Assembly (NCBI GenBank): GCA_048882485.1
Contig: JBHLRP010000043.1
Location: 1 to 28,029, forward strand
Direction: 5' to 3'
DNA: 28,029 nt
From: Candidatus Thorarchaeota archaeon
Lineage (GTDB): Archaea; Asgardarchaeota; Thorarchaeia; Thorarchaeales; Thorarchaeaceae
Shown: piece after piece, positions 26,958 through 28,029 of the stretch
How positions within the stretch are numbered: position 1 is the first letter of the stretch
Layout of the letters: the number at the start of each line of letters is the position of its first letter
Program-made: the position numbers and the translations under genes
Notes under the pieces: generated by a model
What the model saw: the letters and a program-made list of their open reading frames with translations, nothing else
What the model was told of the DNA's origin: nothing
Databases searched by the model: none

Positions 26958-27950
26958 CTATGCCTTCCTCGCTTCTTCTTCGCGCTTTCGACGCTCCTTC
27001 TCCAAGTCTTCAATGCGTTTCGATTTGGACTTCTCAGCTTTCTCAATTCGCTTGCTTACGTCCTTGACGCGCTTCTCGGCTTCAGATAGTTCCTTTTTCC
27101 GACGCTTCTCAGCGCTCTTGTGTTCCTTTTCGGCTTCCTCGAATTCCTTCTTTGCGAGGCGCATTTCTCGTTCCGCACTCTCAAAGCGTGTTCGTTTGGT
27201 CTCGGCCACAGTGTGGCAACGATCAACTTCTGCATCAAGGCTGGACCGTAGTTTTTCCATCTCCGCTTGGAGGCCTTTTAATTCAATGTTGAAAGACTTG
27301 ATGTCTGCATCCAGCGACCGGACCTTTTCATCCCTAGAGATTTCATCGACTGGCTCAGCAACAGGTGCAGTGGGAGCTACAGGTGGAGTAGGAGCTACAG
27401 CTGTGAAGGTCGGTTCAGGCGCTTCCTCTGGCTCTGGAGCTGCCGGCACGTCATATTCCTCATCAGCCTCTTCAACTTCAGGCTCAAAGACTGGCTCCTC
27501 AACTGCAGGCGGCTCAGGAATCTCCTCCTCGATGAACTCCTCTTCTTCCTCAGAAACCTCAATGACTTCTGGCTTTGGTTCAGATTCTTCAACAGCAGAA
27601 CGCTCTTCCGCCGCTTTCACCTTTGCCAGGATATCTTTGACAACCGCTCTGCCCTGATCGTAGTCCAATACCTCTGGCTCAGCCTCGGCGACCTCTTCTT
27701 CAATTTCCTCTACTGGTTCCACAGGAACAGATGGCACGTCAACTTCCTGGACTGCAGCAGAAGCAACTTCACTGGGACGTACAAGAGGTGCATCTTCTGA
27801 ATCGACAGGTGCTCCCGCAATCGGCTCGGGCTCTTGGTCCAAAACAGGTTCCGGTTCTGGCTCGTCTATCTTGACAAGAGAGGCCCCACAGGCTCTGCAA
27901 TACTTCCGCATTATATCATTCGCTTTCCCACACTTTGGACACGTCTTCAA
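26958..27950 (-). CDS. Zinc-ribbon protein with Glu/Pro-rich disordered linker and C-terminal coiled coil
   Basis: CPKC...CRAC, about 180 aa E/P/V/A-rich region, then about 125 aa of E/K/R-rich heptads. GGAG upstream of TTG. Confidence 0.9.
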   Translation of the reverse strand: MKTCPKCGKANDIMRKYCRACGASLVKIDEPEPEPVLDQEPEPIAGAPVDSEDAPLVRPSEVASAAVQEVDVPSVPVEPVEEIEEEVAEAEPEVLDYDQGRAVVKDILAKVKAAEERSAVEESEPKPEVIEVSEEEEEFIEEEIPEPPAVEEPVFEPEVEEADEEYDVPAAPEPEEAPEPTFTAVAPTPPVAPTAPVAEPVDEISRDEKVRSLDADIKSFNIELKGLQAEMEKLRSSLDAEVDRCHTVAETKRTRFESAEREMRLAKKEFEEAEKEHKSAEKRRKKELSEAEKRVKDVSKRIEKAEKSKSKRIEDLEKERRKREEEARKA

Positions 27951-28029
27951 ATCGAACGACTCCTATATCATGGAATAATATTCCCTGAATAAGTATCAAT
28001 CTTAGATATACATTTGGCGTGTTCACTAG

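Noticed and set aside
26812-27657. 281-aa plus-strand Ser/Phe-rich ORF (and 26670-27089)
   Set aside because: Antisense shadow of the Glu/Lys/Pro-rich gene on the minus strand; its composition mirrors those codons.
1-28029. tRNA, rRNA, CRISPR array, transposase/integrase or defence-system genes
   Set aside because: None recognised by eye in ORFs or intergenic gaps; tRNAscan-SE, Infernal and DefenseFinder would be needed to exclude them formally.

Overview
Gene-dense archaeal chromosomal window with GGTGA/GAGGTG-type ribosome-binding sites, TTTTATA-type boxes and frequent TTG/GTG starts. Gene content suggests an Asgard archaeon, probably Thorarchaeota (inference from a longin-like protein, many Zn-ribbon proteins and a Thr-stalk surface protein). 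Most of it is ordinary metabolism and stress genes: thiolase + DUF35 with a divergent acyl-CoA dehydrogenase, two nitroreductases, a homocitrate/isopropylmalate synthase-family enzyme, a SAM methyltransferase, a nucleoside phosphorylase, OsmC, Gln-dependent NadE, two MBL hydrolases, FKBP, GNAT, TPR proteins, a B12-radical SAM enzyme and a GYD protein. I saw no rRNA, tRNA, CRISPR array, transposase or integrase. Signals not in the ORF track: (1) an ORF running off the left edge with a Vps62/NPP1-like HxxD[W/Y]E motif; (2) a candidate three-way-junction RNA leader abutting the start codon of the homocitrate synthase-like gene; (3) a recurrent 3'-flank hairpin beginning GAG(T/A)TG 12-15 nt after four stop codons; (4) a doubly disrupted vWA pseudogene flanked by short direct repeats, next to a hairpin-rich intergenic segment; (5) a PadR/degenerate-methyltransferase fusion upstream of a palindrome and a surface EB_dh/DOMON-like protein. 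All family calls come from motif recognition by eye; no database search or folding program was run.
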